A program made the position numbers and the translations under genes. A stretch of DNA of 64,000 nt from positions 11,791 through 75,790 of IMG/VR virus record IMGVR_UViG_3300009514_000017. One strand, written 5' to 3'. This stretch comes from a virus. Below, in pieces: positions 1 through 9,900 of the stretch (position 1 is its first letter; each line of letters begins with the position of its first letter). The notes beneath the pieces were generated by a model. That model saw only the letters and a list, made by a program, of their open reading frames with translations, made no database searches and was not told the origin of the DNA.

Positions 1-78
1 GGATCGTGGCATGTTTGGTGCTAGACTCCTGGTTGTGTTTTCACGATGAGCTGATGAGAAAAGTGGAGGAGGTGTCGA

Positions 79-2406
79 GTGTCAATCAGAACCGACATTT
101 CAATCGATTGGAACGCATCTCCACGCATCATCACGGTGGCCGCCCCATCCACCGAATTCAACGCTCAAGACATCGTCGACACACTTCGGTTCGAGGAATC
201 CAGAGTTTGGAACGCCCAATATCGGAAGCTTCTAACAGCGGCAGGTAAAGAAGAGCTAGGTGGTGGCACGGAAGTTGGTGTTACTATAACTCTCCAGAAT
301 TCAGTAGTTGCTTTTGAGGCTCGTAAGACTTCCACATCTGAAGGCACAGCTACAGCTCAAGACACTACTGGTGTCACACTCACAGATTCCGCAGCTGACT
401 TTGTCGCTGACTCGGTAGTTGCTGGGGCCTGGTTAGTTAACCTAACTGATTCTTCAGTTTGTACAGTGTTGGAGGTGGTTGACCTAAACACTTTAAGAAC
501 AGATGGGCTCGGAGACGGTATAGATAATCAGTTTGATATTGGTGATTCTTATTCAATCATCAACGTCATTGGTTGTGATCTGTCGGGTGGAAACGTGTTG
601 GCAGTTGATTCTGGTGGTGCGTTCATTTCTCCTGTGCTTCCTACAGCAGGAACTCAGGTGAGGTTGACAGCGTCGAGTGCCGCCACAACCCAGAACCAAG
701 CACAGTTAGAGCACTCTTCGTTTAACGGGGTGGTGACGTTTGACCAAGCAAACGGCACCCCCGGGTCAATCGGTTTGGCGGGCAGCCCCACACAGCCGGT
801 GAATAATGTCCCGGACATGCGGATTATCGCAACGGCTCGTGGGTTTTCCAAGATTCAGATCATCGGAGATGCGACGTTCGACACGGGTGATGACATCAGT
901 GGGTTCATCATCTACGGAGAGAACCCTAGCAAGACACTACTCACGTTCAACGCAGGGGCGTTGACATCAGGGATTGATGTCAACGATGCAACGGTCACAG
1001 GTACGTTCGACACGTCTGCCAGCTTCACCGACTGCCACTTGGAGACCATTTCGTTCGTGAAAAGTATCATCAACCGTTGTGTTCTGAATGGGCCTATCAC
1101 TCTCGCCGGAACTGGAACGACCATCATAACGAACTCCAGCGATGGGTTGGTCAATACGGCGCCGCCACCGTCTGTGGACTTCGACGGCTCCGGACGGTCT
1201 CTCGCGATTCGCAATTATCATGGAGATATACAGCTCAAGAACAAATCTGGGTCTGAGCGCATCGAGGTCAACATTAACTCGGGTGGGTTGATTGTGTTGG
1301 ATGACACGATAACCGCTGGTGTCATCCGGCTATCCGGGCTGTTGCACGTTCAGGACTTGACCGGACCCGGAGTCACGGTAGACGTGTCGGATGTCATCTA
1401 CCCGGAGCAGCAGCAGCTTTCAGCGTTCGTTGACGCAGTGCATCTCGACGTGGTTGGTGGCACTGCGGGCATCAAGTATCCGCAGGGGACATCGCAGTAT
1501 CCTGTAGACAACCTGGCAGATGCTTTGACGATCTTGAACGAGAGGAATCTGGATGAGCTTCACGTTATCGGGGATCTAACTATTGGTGCGACGGACAACA
1601 TCGACGGTCTACGGATAGTGGGGCAGCACCGCAACAGAACAACGCTAACGTTAGTAGCGGGATGTTCCACGATGGACTCATACATCTCACACTGCACGCT
1701 CACCGGAGTAGTGAATGGGAGCATCGTCGTTCAGTCCTCGGTGGTGTACGGGTTGTTGAACGTCGGTAGCGAAGCGAAGTCGTCCTTCTTCTTAGACACG
1801 TCGCCGATCTCTGACGGCGGGTCAGCTATTACGTTTCGTAACGATCTAGCCAATCCGATGCCGGTGTATGTACTTCAGTGCTTCTCTGGCGAGATCGGGC
1901 ACATGCCAGCCGTGATCGACATGAACGACTCACTACAGACCTTCACGGTTCAGAGTTGGTCTGGCGGGATTGGGTTCAAAAATTGGTCTCAGGGACAGGT
2001 GTGTAGTGTTGATGCAGACTCTGGACACGCCATTCCAGATTCGTCCTGCACGAGCGGAACTCTCATCCTGCATGGCACGATTGTAGTCACCAACAACTCT
2101 ACGGGAGCCTTCGTCGTGGACCAGTCAGAGGCAGTGGGCGCAGGGGGCGCAGAGGGTATTGCGGCAAGTGTGTGGGGGACCTCGTTCGCCGGCGGGTTGT
2201 CTGCGCAGCAGTCAGTAGAGCAGGCGGCATTGGAAGCCAAGATTGGACGTCAGATCTTGCGTAACAACATCACTTGGGATCCTGGAACTGCCGTCATGAC
2301 CATATATGACGACGATGACACGACCATCTTGTTCAAGAGTCTATTTACGGATGCTACGGCTACCCCGTCCGTGGCTAACCCACTCAATAGAGAAAAGGTT
2401 CCGTGA
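79..2406 (+). CDS. Virion structural / tail-associated protein with a tandemly duplicated beta-rich domain
   Basis: 775 aa, rich in G/T/S/D/V. GTG start with GGAGGAGG upstream. Two similar segments (QLEHSSFNGVVTFD..GSPTQPVNN.. and QQQLSAFVDAVHLD..GTSQYPVDN..). Lies in the structural cluster. Confidence 0.6.
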   Translation: MSIRTDISIDWNASPRIITVAAPSTEFNAQDIVDTLRFEESRVWNAQYRKLLTAAGKEELGGGTEVGVTITLQNSVVAFEARKTSTSEGTATAQDTTGVTLTDSAADFVADSVVAGAWLVNLTDSSVCTVLEVVDLNTLRTDGLGDGIDNQFDIGDSYSIINVIGCDLSGGNVLAVDSGGAFISPVLPTAGTQVRLTASSAATTQNQAQLEHSSFNGVVTFDQANGTPGSIGLAGSPTQPVNNVPDMRIIATARGFSKIQIIGDATFDTGDDISGFIIYGENPSKTLLTFNAGALTSGIDVNDATVTGTFDTSASFTDCHLETISFVKSIINRCVLNGPITLAGTGTTIITNSSDGLVNTAPPPSVDFDGSGRSLAIRNYHGDIQLKNKSGSERIEVNINSGGLIVLDDTITAGVIRLSGLLHVQDLTGPGVTVDVSDVIYPEQQQLSAFVDAVHLDVVGGTAGIKYPQGTSQYPVDNLADALTILNERNLDELHVIGDLTIGATDNIDGLRIVGQHRNRTTLTLVAGCSTMDSYISHCTLTGVVNGSIVVQSSVVYGLLNVGSEAKSSFFLDTSPISDGGSAITFRNDLANPMPVYVLQCFSGEIGHMPAVIDMNDSLQTFTVQSWSGGIGFKNWSQGQVCSVDADSGHAIPDSSCTSGTLILHGTIVVTNNSTGAFVVDQSEAVGAGGAEGIAASVWGTSFAGGLSAQQSVEQAALEAKIGRQILRNNITWDPGTAVMTIYDDDDTTILFKSLFTDATATPSVANPLNREKVP

Positions 2407-3350
2407 GCTTTATCTCATACGGGCTGAGAGGACTTCCGAACCCCATGGACGTCACAATCCTGGTTCAAGACGACACCGTTACACCCGCAGCCATAGAAGG
2501 TGTCGTCGTCAACGTTTACGATGGAATCACGAAAGCCTATGTGGCTCAGGCGACAACTGATGCCACTGGACTGGCATCCTTCGTCCTGACTGGAGAGCCT
2601 GACCCCGGCAAGACCTACGAGGTCAGGCTATTCAAGGTTGGGGCGCTGTTCGCCAACCCGTTTACGATTGCCGTGTTCGACAGTGGCACCAACGATTTCG
2701 AGGTAGCTGGAACTCTACTGGACCTCGAGGTGGCGACAGATCCTAACCTTTGTCGTTGCACCGGAAGGTTCATGGGCTTCGATCTACAGCCACGGGCCAA
2801 CAAGTTGGTCAGGTTCTCGGCAGAGGTAGAAAACAAGACGGTTCAGATCGTCAATGGGGACATCGTGGCGGCATCCGACCACGAGGTTCGAACTGACGAC
2901 AACGGCTATGTGAAGGTCGATCTGGTCAGAGGTGCTGTCTACTGGCTCATCTTCGCAGGGGACGAGGACAACTCGTGGAAGGTGACCATTCCAAATAGAG
3001 CCTCTGTGAATCTCATTGAGCTCATCCACCCAGCACCTGGAAGTCTGGACTGGGATGACACTGATGCTCCTGGTGATGCCGTCTCTTTGGCTGTTGGGGA
3101 ATCCAAGGACGTGAGTATGACCCTGACCCTGACCAGCTATGAGACAGACGAGTATGTGGGGAACTGGTTGGACTTCGACAACGACGATACTGATGTTGTC
3201 TCCGCAAGCGTGCAGAAGAACGTTCTAACTCTCTCGGGTCTGACTGCTGGAACAGCCAACATAACGGTCACAGCCAGGACAGATTTGAAACCTGGAAGAG
3301 CTGGAGGATTCTCGGTCAGCTCAACACCTCTAGTCGTAACGGTGACCTGA
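2403..3350 (+). CDS. Virion protein with Ig-like / carboxypeptidase-regulatory-like beta-sandwich domains
   Basis: AIEGVVVNVYD..TTDATGLASF and RTDDNGYVKVDL patterns. C-terminal Big_2-like segment (LSGLTAGTANITVT). GTGA overlap with the previous gene. Confidence 0.55.
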   Translation: MSFISYGLRGLPNPMDVTILVQDDTVTPAAIEGVVVNVYDGITKAYVAQATTDATGLASFVLTGEPDPGKTYEVRLFKVGALFANPFTIAVFDSGTNDFEVAGTLLDLEVATDPNLCRCTGRFMGFDLQPRANKLVRFSAEVENKTVQIVNGDIVAASDHEVRTDDNGYVKVDLVRGAVYWLIFAGDEDNSWKVTIPNRASVNLIELIHPAPGSLDWDDTDAPGDAVSLAVGESKDVSMTLTLTSYETDEYVGNWLDFDNDDTDVVSASVQKNVLTLSGLTAGTANITVTARTDLKPGRAGGFSVSSTPLVVTVT

Positions 3351-3757
3351 TGTTAAGCCTTCAGCAGACGACAGCTCAGAGAGATGTAGGAGTTTCCAGG
3401 TCCTATCAGGGGGTAAGAGCTCTCTGGCTGAAGGTCATAATCAGGGCAGTATTCGACTGGGTTTCCTATCGTGACAGCACGAAGCACGAACGGAGGATGG
3501 ATGCTGAAAGTGCTCACTGGTGGTTGTTCAGAACTAACGACTTCTTCAACAGTTTTGAGAATGTGTGTGTCCAATTAGACCTAGATCCTAACAGGGTCAG
3601 AACGTGGGCGAATGGAGTGACCAAAGACCAAGTGGCAAAGATCGAGCATCTGGATCGTTCATCATCTGCTAGAGGTCGAAGTGATCTAGAGGTCAAATCA
3701 GCTGAACTGTTTCTCGTTTCGACTGAGCCTGATGATGACCTCTTCTTGGAATTTTGA
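3350..3757 (+). CDS. Small helical phage hypothetical protein (possible regulator)
   Basis: LWLKVIIRAVFD..AHWWLF..SFENVCVQLDLDPNRVR pattern, reminiscent of small phage proteins. Translationally coupled on both sides. Confidence 0.5.
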   Translation: MLSLQQTTAQRDVGVSRSYQGVRALWLKVIIRAVFDWVSYRDSTKHERRMDAESAHWWLFRTNDFFNSFENVCVQLDLDPNRVRTWANGVTKDQVAKIEHLDRSSSARGRSDLEVKSAELFLVSTEPDDDLFLEF

Positions 3758-5952
3758 TGTCACTACTGACTATAGCGAACCAATCCAAGGCCCTGCTCCG
3801 GCGGAGCCTTGTTGATGAGAAACTTTCAGGAGGGACAGACCCGAAGGTAGAGATTCGTGCTCTTCTCGATTCCATAATCTTAGGTCTACTGTCTCGACCC
3901 AAGGCAGTTAAGTTCGTAGCCCAACTGGCAAAGCGCAGACTCATTCAGGCACTACAGGATGAGATAGACACAATAGATAGTCTGACTGTAGACCTGGACG
4001 ATCTGAACAACACCTCTTTCAAGGTTCGTGATTCTTCGAGATTGAATAGTGCCAAGTCGGCTCTTCGCAGCATCAACGCTGGGGACGAGCTTAATGTTTC
4101 AGGTACGGCCTTCACCAGATTCAGTAATTCCGTAGACAAGTTTCTCAACGAGCAGCTATCGAAGAGCGTCAGACGTGTTGGCAGCACGTCCATGCTCCGC
4201 CCATCGGACGAGGCCAAGGCTGCCATTCCAACGGACTATGCCGAGCTGTTGTCCAGGCATGAAGATACGATAGACAGGTTTTATTCACTGTCATTGATAG
4301 ACGACGAGTTCACCAAGTCACCTACGGCAGCTGTGTTGGGAAAGACGGTTTTGTCTAGGGTGATGACTGAGATCGATCTCATTCTCGACCAATTAGAGGG
4401 GGACGATTCAGCAAGCGAGGCCCGTAATCAGGTGGTCAGGTTGTTGGCCTCAAGGTCTGCGCTTGAGGTGGTTGGCACTGCTCCTTCTTTGTCTGGTCCA
4501 ATACTATCCACCGTTCTCGAGCTACCGGTTGGGTATGAGCTTACTGGGACCAGTGCCGCTGCCGCTGCGTTTGTCGAAGGGACAGATGGGACTGAAGCCA
4601 ACGATGGGATCATTCGTTTCTCGCTTGGAGCTTCTTCACCGCAGGTAACAGTAGATGTAGATGGAACGACGGTTGGACCTTTAGATTTTCCTCAGTCGAC
4701 TGATTTCGACGTGGACGATAAAGCGATAGTTGTGGGTGCTGTTCCAACTGGAGGATTCCCGGTCACTCTAGGTGCGACGACACAAGATCTATACATAACT
4801 CTGGTGACTAGCGGGACCGCAGTCAGTTACAGGGCAGCAATAGGAACAGGTTCTCAAACCCTGTCAGCAGTTGTGTCAGCCATAAACACGGCGCTGACTG
4901 GGGTTGGAACAGCCGCTGAATTCTGTGCCTCAGGAACGGATAGGATCATCATTCGAGCGACGTCTGCTGATGTCATCAGGATTGATTCTGCCGTTGAGAT
5001 TGCAACAGTGGCTTACACAGATTCTGGTCACGCTCTTCTTGGGTTTCAGGATGGCAAGTACGGGTGGAGTATTGCCAACCCGGATGGAGGAGGAACAGAG
5101 ATAGACATCGTAGTTGATGCCTTCAACGAGCTGTTTGGATCTGTCGCAACGGCTGTAAGAGTCGGGGATGCAGTCAGGGTTGATTCGGTATCAACATCTG
5201 TCGGCGTGACGATGACCATAACTTCTCCATCTTCTCTCGGAATAGATGGGGCCGTAAATGGTATGTCCGACGAGTTCCGACTTCTAGGTCTAGTGCGAGG
5301 AGTAATAACAGACCCAGTCGATCCGCAGGACTTGCTGGATGTCGGGGATGTTGTTACCACCCCAACTGGATCTTCCACTGTAGCTTCGTTGACCAATACG
5401 GCAGTGTTTCTTGCGGCGGAAGTCGACACGTTTAGTGGTAGCTTAACAGTGAACAGCGCACTGGATTCTCCGTTTGCTGCTCTGTCGACTGCTCTAGATG
5501 AGAATTTGGTTGTCTGGTCCAACACCCTATTCGTGGATGACATGAAGAGGCTAGATGCAGCCGTGGCCAAGGTCTACGGGTCGATAGACAGAGCATCCAC
5601 TAACGAGTTCAGGAGATTGCTGGTTCTGCTTAGAGCTTTCATGGCAGATCTGAAGACAGCTATATCCGATTCTTCGACTGACATTCCAGCAGGTTGCGCG
5701 ACTAGAGAGCGAGCGTTGGTGAATGGGATCATAGAGTCCTTCGAAGAGCGTAATATGGACCGGGCTCTAGGTTTGTTCCTGACCGGGAAGTTGATGGACT
5801 TGTTCACAATAGACTTGGATGAGGTCTCCTACGCTGGAAGACTGGCCAAGGGTGTAGAGGAACTAGCCAGGATGGATGTTGAGTTCGAGAAGCAGTTCGA
5901 GGAAGGCGAGAAGAGTAGGCTACGAGGGTATCTAGATAGGACGGGACTATAA
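3754..5952 (+). CDS. Putative virion/baseplate-associated protein
   Basis: 732-aa ORF with helical termini and a central beta-rich T/G/V region (AVVSAINTALTG module). Structural context. Confidence 0.5.
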   Translation: MMSLLTIANQSKALLRRSLVDEKLSGGTDPKVEIRALLDSIILGLLSRPKAVKFVAQLAKRRLIQALQDEIDTIDSLTVDLDDLNNTSFKVRDSSRLNSAKSALRSINAGDELNVSGTAFTRFSNSVDKFLNEQLSKSVRRVGSTSMLRPSDEAKAAIPTDYAELLSRHEDTIDRFYSLSLIDDEFTKSPTAAVLGKTVLSRVMTEIDLILDQLEGDDSASEARNQVVRLLASRSALEVVGTAPSLSGPILSTVLELPVGYELTGTSAAAAAFVEGTDGTEANDGIIRFSLGASSPQVTVDVDGTTVGPLDFPQSTDFDVDDKAIVVGAVPTGGFPVTLGATTQDLYITLVTSGTAVSYRAAIGTGSQTLSAVVSAINTALTGVGTAAEFCASGTDRIIIRATSADVIRIDSAVEIATVAYTDSGHALLGFQDGKYGWSIANPDGGGTEIDIVVDAFNELFGSVATAVRVGDAVRVDSVSTSVGVTMTITSPSSLGIDGAVNGMSDEFRLLGLVRGVITDPVDPQDLLDVGDVVTTPTGSSTVASLTNTAVFLAAEVDTFSGSLTVNSALDSPFAALSTALDENLVVWSNTLFVDDMKRLDAAVAKVYGSIDRASTNEFRRLLVLLRAFMADLKTAISDSSTDIPAGCATRERALVNGIIESFEERNMDRALGLFLTGKLMDLFTIDLDEVSYAGRLAKGVEELARMDVEFEKQFEEGEKSRLRGYLDRTGL

Positions 5953-6303
5953 ATGCCGGTAACCACAGCAGTTGTTAGACGAGTCCTAGCAGACTCCATT
6001 AACCTGCTTCGAAGTGTTGAGGTAGATAGGAGTCTGTCGTCTACTACTCTGGATCATGCCATCCAAGAAGAGATCAAGCTCCTGAAGAGAACTGAAACAT
6101 CAACCCAGGTAGATGATTCTGGGCAAACCAGAATTTCTAGATGGGACGAGTTGAATGCTCTCGAGGCCAACTTGGTTAAGGTCGTTGACGAAATAATGAG
6201 TGCTGGAACAGACAAAGAAGCGTTGGCCAAGCTCGGAATTATAGATGAAGAAGAAGCTGATGATCGTGAGCAGAGTGAAGTAGACAACACGGCAGGGGAG
6301 TGA
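5953..6303 (+). CDS. Hypothetical protein
   Basis: 116-aa ORF abutting both neighbours; acidic C-terminus. Confidence 0.55.
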   Translation: MPVTTAVVRRVLADSINLLRSVEVDRSLSSTTLDHAIQEEIKLLKRTETSTQVDDSGQTRISRWDELNALEANLVKVVDEIMSAGTDKEALAKLGIIDEEEADDREQSEVDNTAGE

Positions 6304-6304
6304 G

Positions 6305-6949
6305 ATGCAGGATTACAGAATCACGCTTGCCAAGACTCAACTCCCCTACCACTTTTATGAACCTCTTCGTGGTTTTCGCCCACCATCTATTCGTGTAGTG
6401 GGCGAGCGTATGCATCAAGCGTTGGAGGTCGTCTACAACGGAATCGTGCAGACTCAGTTCTTTGCGCAATCCAGGAAGAACCTAATCGTCCCAATCCCTA
6501 GCAGCCAGATTGGGAGGCCACTAAACGAGCTGGTCATCATCTCCACGACGAAGCTGACGTTTGAACCTGCAACCGTTGTCTTCCAACTTTCCAGACCACC
6601 ACAGATGGTCAGCGGGATAGATAGGCTGGTTCAGATGTTCCTGATGGAGCTGTTCACGACCCCAGGTTCAGACATCTTCGATCCCAAGTCTGGTGGTGGG
6701 GCTCTAGCGCTAGTCGGCAGAAACAGTGGTGGTGATCGCGGCGCAGTAGTAGGACTCACCAGAGCGGTGGATGCAGCGAAGAGATCGATAGCCAAGAAAC
6801 AGGCTCAGTTCAAGAGAGTTCCAAACGAGGAACGTTTACTGTCTGCTACCCTGTCCAACGTTTCGTTCAATAGCTTGGCGTCTGTCCTGTCGGGGCAGAT
6901 TGAGATAAAGAACATGTCCGGTCAGTCAGCGACGGTTGGAGTGGGTTGA
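6305..6949 (+). CDS. Baseplate wedge protein, gp25/GPW-like C-terminal domain
   Basis: VSGIDRLVQMFLMELFTTPGSDIFDPKSGG matches the gp25-like L-x-T-x-x-G-x-x-x-x-x-P-x-x-G pattern. Directly upstream of the J-like gene. Confidence 0.7.
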   Translation: MQDYRITLAKTQLPYHFYEPLRGFRPPSIRVVGERMHQALEVVYNGIVQTQFFAQSRKNLIVPIPSSQIGRPLNELVIISTTKLTFEPATVVFQLSRPPQMVSGIDRLVQMFLMELFTTPGSDIFDPKSGGGALALVGRNSGGDRGAVVGLTRAVDAAKRSIAKKQAQFKRVPNEERLLSATLSNVSFNSLASVLSGQIEIKNMSGQSATVGVG

Positions 6950-9900
6950 TGCCATCATCAGACGAAATCAGAACGTTCATCGAGGACCGACTTCAGGCTC
7001 TCGACCCGTCGATATCGTTGGAGTCGGGATCGAGAGCACAGACGGATTTCGTCGAGCCAGTCCTTACTTTTCTAGGCACTGATCCGTTCGAGACCGACAT
7101 TGAGGCGTTCATTGTAGACAGGTTCTCTCAAGAGTTTCCTGACATCTACTCAGGAGACCCCAGCGTCGTATCGGATGTGTTTGCCAAGCCACTACAGTTG
7201 ATGCTCGAGCCGTTCAAGCGTGGCGTCAACATCTTGAAGCTACAGCAATCACTGGCAGACCCAGACCTGTTGACAACGGATTCAACGGAATCCTTGGCGG
7301 CGAACTTCTTCTTTGAGAGGACAGCAGGATCTAGGGCTACTGGAACAGCACGGGTCAAGTTCCCAGTGCCAAAGAACGATGAGTTTGAGGTAACGACTCG
7401 GTTCTATTCCAGTGGCGGGTTGAACTTCTATCCGACTGCACCACTCAGTATCTCTGCCGAAGAAATGATCTTCAATCGAGATGGCAGCCTCTTCTATGTT
7501 GATGTTCCTGTCCAAGCAGAGGAGGAGGGGGACGAGTACAACATAGGAGTTGATGAGCTGACGGGCGTGGACGGCGTGTCTGGAGTTGCTGCTGTCACCA
7601 ACTTGAAGAAGTTCAGCAGCGGGGCAGTACGTCTAGACAACGCTGCGTTCGTAGACCAGACGAAGGAGATGTTGAACGAGAGGTCTCTGAACACCAGACG
7701 TGGTGCTCGAGCCCGTCTACTACAGGAGTTCCAGAACGACACGAGAGCAATCCAGGTCATAGGCGCAGGCGACGTTGAGATGCAGCGCGACATACTAGTT
7801 GCGACATCTCCAGGCCACTCTTGGATCACCGGGTCCGTGTCTTTGTATAACAACCTCGCTCTTGTACAGGCTCGCATCATAGACGGTGAAGAGGACGACG
7901 CACCTGCGGCTGAGGACACGCTGTTCCTCTATTTGAATTCCACTAGCTATCCATCATTAGATCAGGATGACAGGCTGGTAGAGCTAACCGTAGAGAGTCT
8001 GGTTTCTGGCCCACTTGCGGACGCAGGGACTGGGTTTCAGCAAGCCTATCTCGTCACTTGGTCAGGGGACTTCCCGACTGGTGTAACGCAGGGAACGCCT
8101 GCTCCTGGTGGGTGGGTAAACGGGCAATCGTTCGAGGGAGGATTCAGGAAGCCGGGCAACGTTCGAGTTTCATCGCTGCCAGACATTGGCGCTGTCTCCC
8201 CGGCGTTGTCCGTCCCGAATGGTGAGACTCACGTCTACGGCCACACGGATGTCTACGTGCGACCGATTTTGCAAGAGGATGCCTATATAACCCTTGATAC
8301 ACTGTCTGACTCTTCACCTCTCGTGGAGCGTTCGACTCTTGATACGAATGGTGCGGGATCACCAGCGAACCGTGTAGTTGACAGCGCCAGCTTCGATTTT
8401 GCTGGAGCAGGGGTTGAAGCTGGACATCTCATCATCATCGACAGTGGTGAAACGGATGAGGGCGTCTACACGATTCAGGAGGTGACAGCAGCAGGTGCTG
8501 GTGCTCCTTACTACCTCTACCTGACTGAAGACCTGACTGTGTCCCAGTCCGGGTTGCGCTACAAGATTCTGTCCAACATCAGGATCGATCCGTTCGACGT
8601 CACGGTGAGCAAGTTCCCGTTCGGCAGCGTCCTGGCAAACGATCTGTCTACTCAGGTCGGCTCCAACCTACTCACCCTGTCTACGAACGACATGCTCAGT
8701 TACTCGGTCGAGGTTGGTGACACGATCAAGCTGACCAGCGGCAACGATAAGGGTGAATACACGATCACGGCATTCGATTCGGTGCTTGGTGGACGGGGTC
8801 TGATTACAGACCAGGTAATGGGTGCAACTGCTTCAGGCATCACCTATGAGGTCTTCAAGCCATTGGATTCATTGCAGAATCCTCTGGTTCGCATCAAGCA
8901 GATCTTGCTCCTAGATTCCAGCGGGCAGTCAACTGGAGTTTCTATTCCACCGGCACAACCGCTTGGAGCCAAACCTACTTCGGATTTCACTTCGGCGAAG
9001 ATCAGAAAGGCCAGCACTAGAAGAACTGGATACGTTCTCCCAGACATCGAGGATTCCTATTTCACCAAGTGGGTGGAGTGGTCGGTATTAGAGACTGCCG
9101 CCGATGCTTCTGGAACCAGGTACTCAGCTGGTATTGATTCTGTGTCGCCTGTAACGACTGGGTCTGCAAGCACATATCAGGCTGTCCTCTTCCCAGACAC
9201 TGGACCAACCGAGTCCGAATTCGACTTCCACGGAAACGCAGTAGGTGGTGGCGAGGCTCAAGGGAAATGCTCCTGGTTCATAGCACCAGCAGAGTCAACG
9301 GATGAGACCGTCAATTATCCACCGATAGATGAGCCGAAGCAGGGGGAGTGCCTGACGATCAAGAATGGTCCCAACGCCGGCAGCTATCTCATCAAGCAGG
9401 TGTACAAATTCAAGAGGTTGGTTGCCACAACTGACTATGAAGTTTGGGACTATTTCATTCAGATCTATGGCGAGTTCCCCGTTGATGTTTTCAAAAGCCT
9501 CATCGACTTCATAAACGAGACTGGGGTCAAAGCATCACTGGATATTTCAGTCCCGGCGAGTGCATCCTTCGACACCGTCATCGAGGCGACATACGCAGGG
9601 GTTCCAGGCAACGCTATCAGTTTAGCAACTGTTGCAGATGGGACTGGGGCTGGAAGTCTGACAAGATCTGGAACTGCGTTCACATTCCATTATGACTCTG
9701 GAGTGACACTGGTCTCAGAATTCGAGGATGCAGTTGATGCGTTGACTGGTGATGACGATCTAATTGCCGTCAGGACAGTTGGAACATCTCCAAGTTATGC
9801 GTTGGCGAGCGGTAGTGGTGATACGTTTGGTACAACCCTACTGACTGGAGGAACCAGTATAGTCTCGGAGCTACCACTGGATGCCTCTTCTAGTGACATA

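Noticed and set aside
6-248. ORF containing CFHDELMRKV, resembling the FxDEL tag
   Set aside because: The frame overlaps the 775-aa gene by 170 nt and is cut by the window edge, so it cannot be shown to be a real gene.
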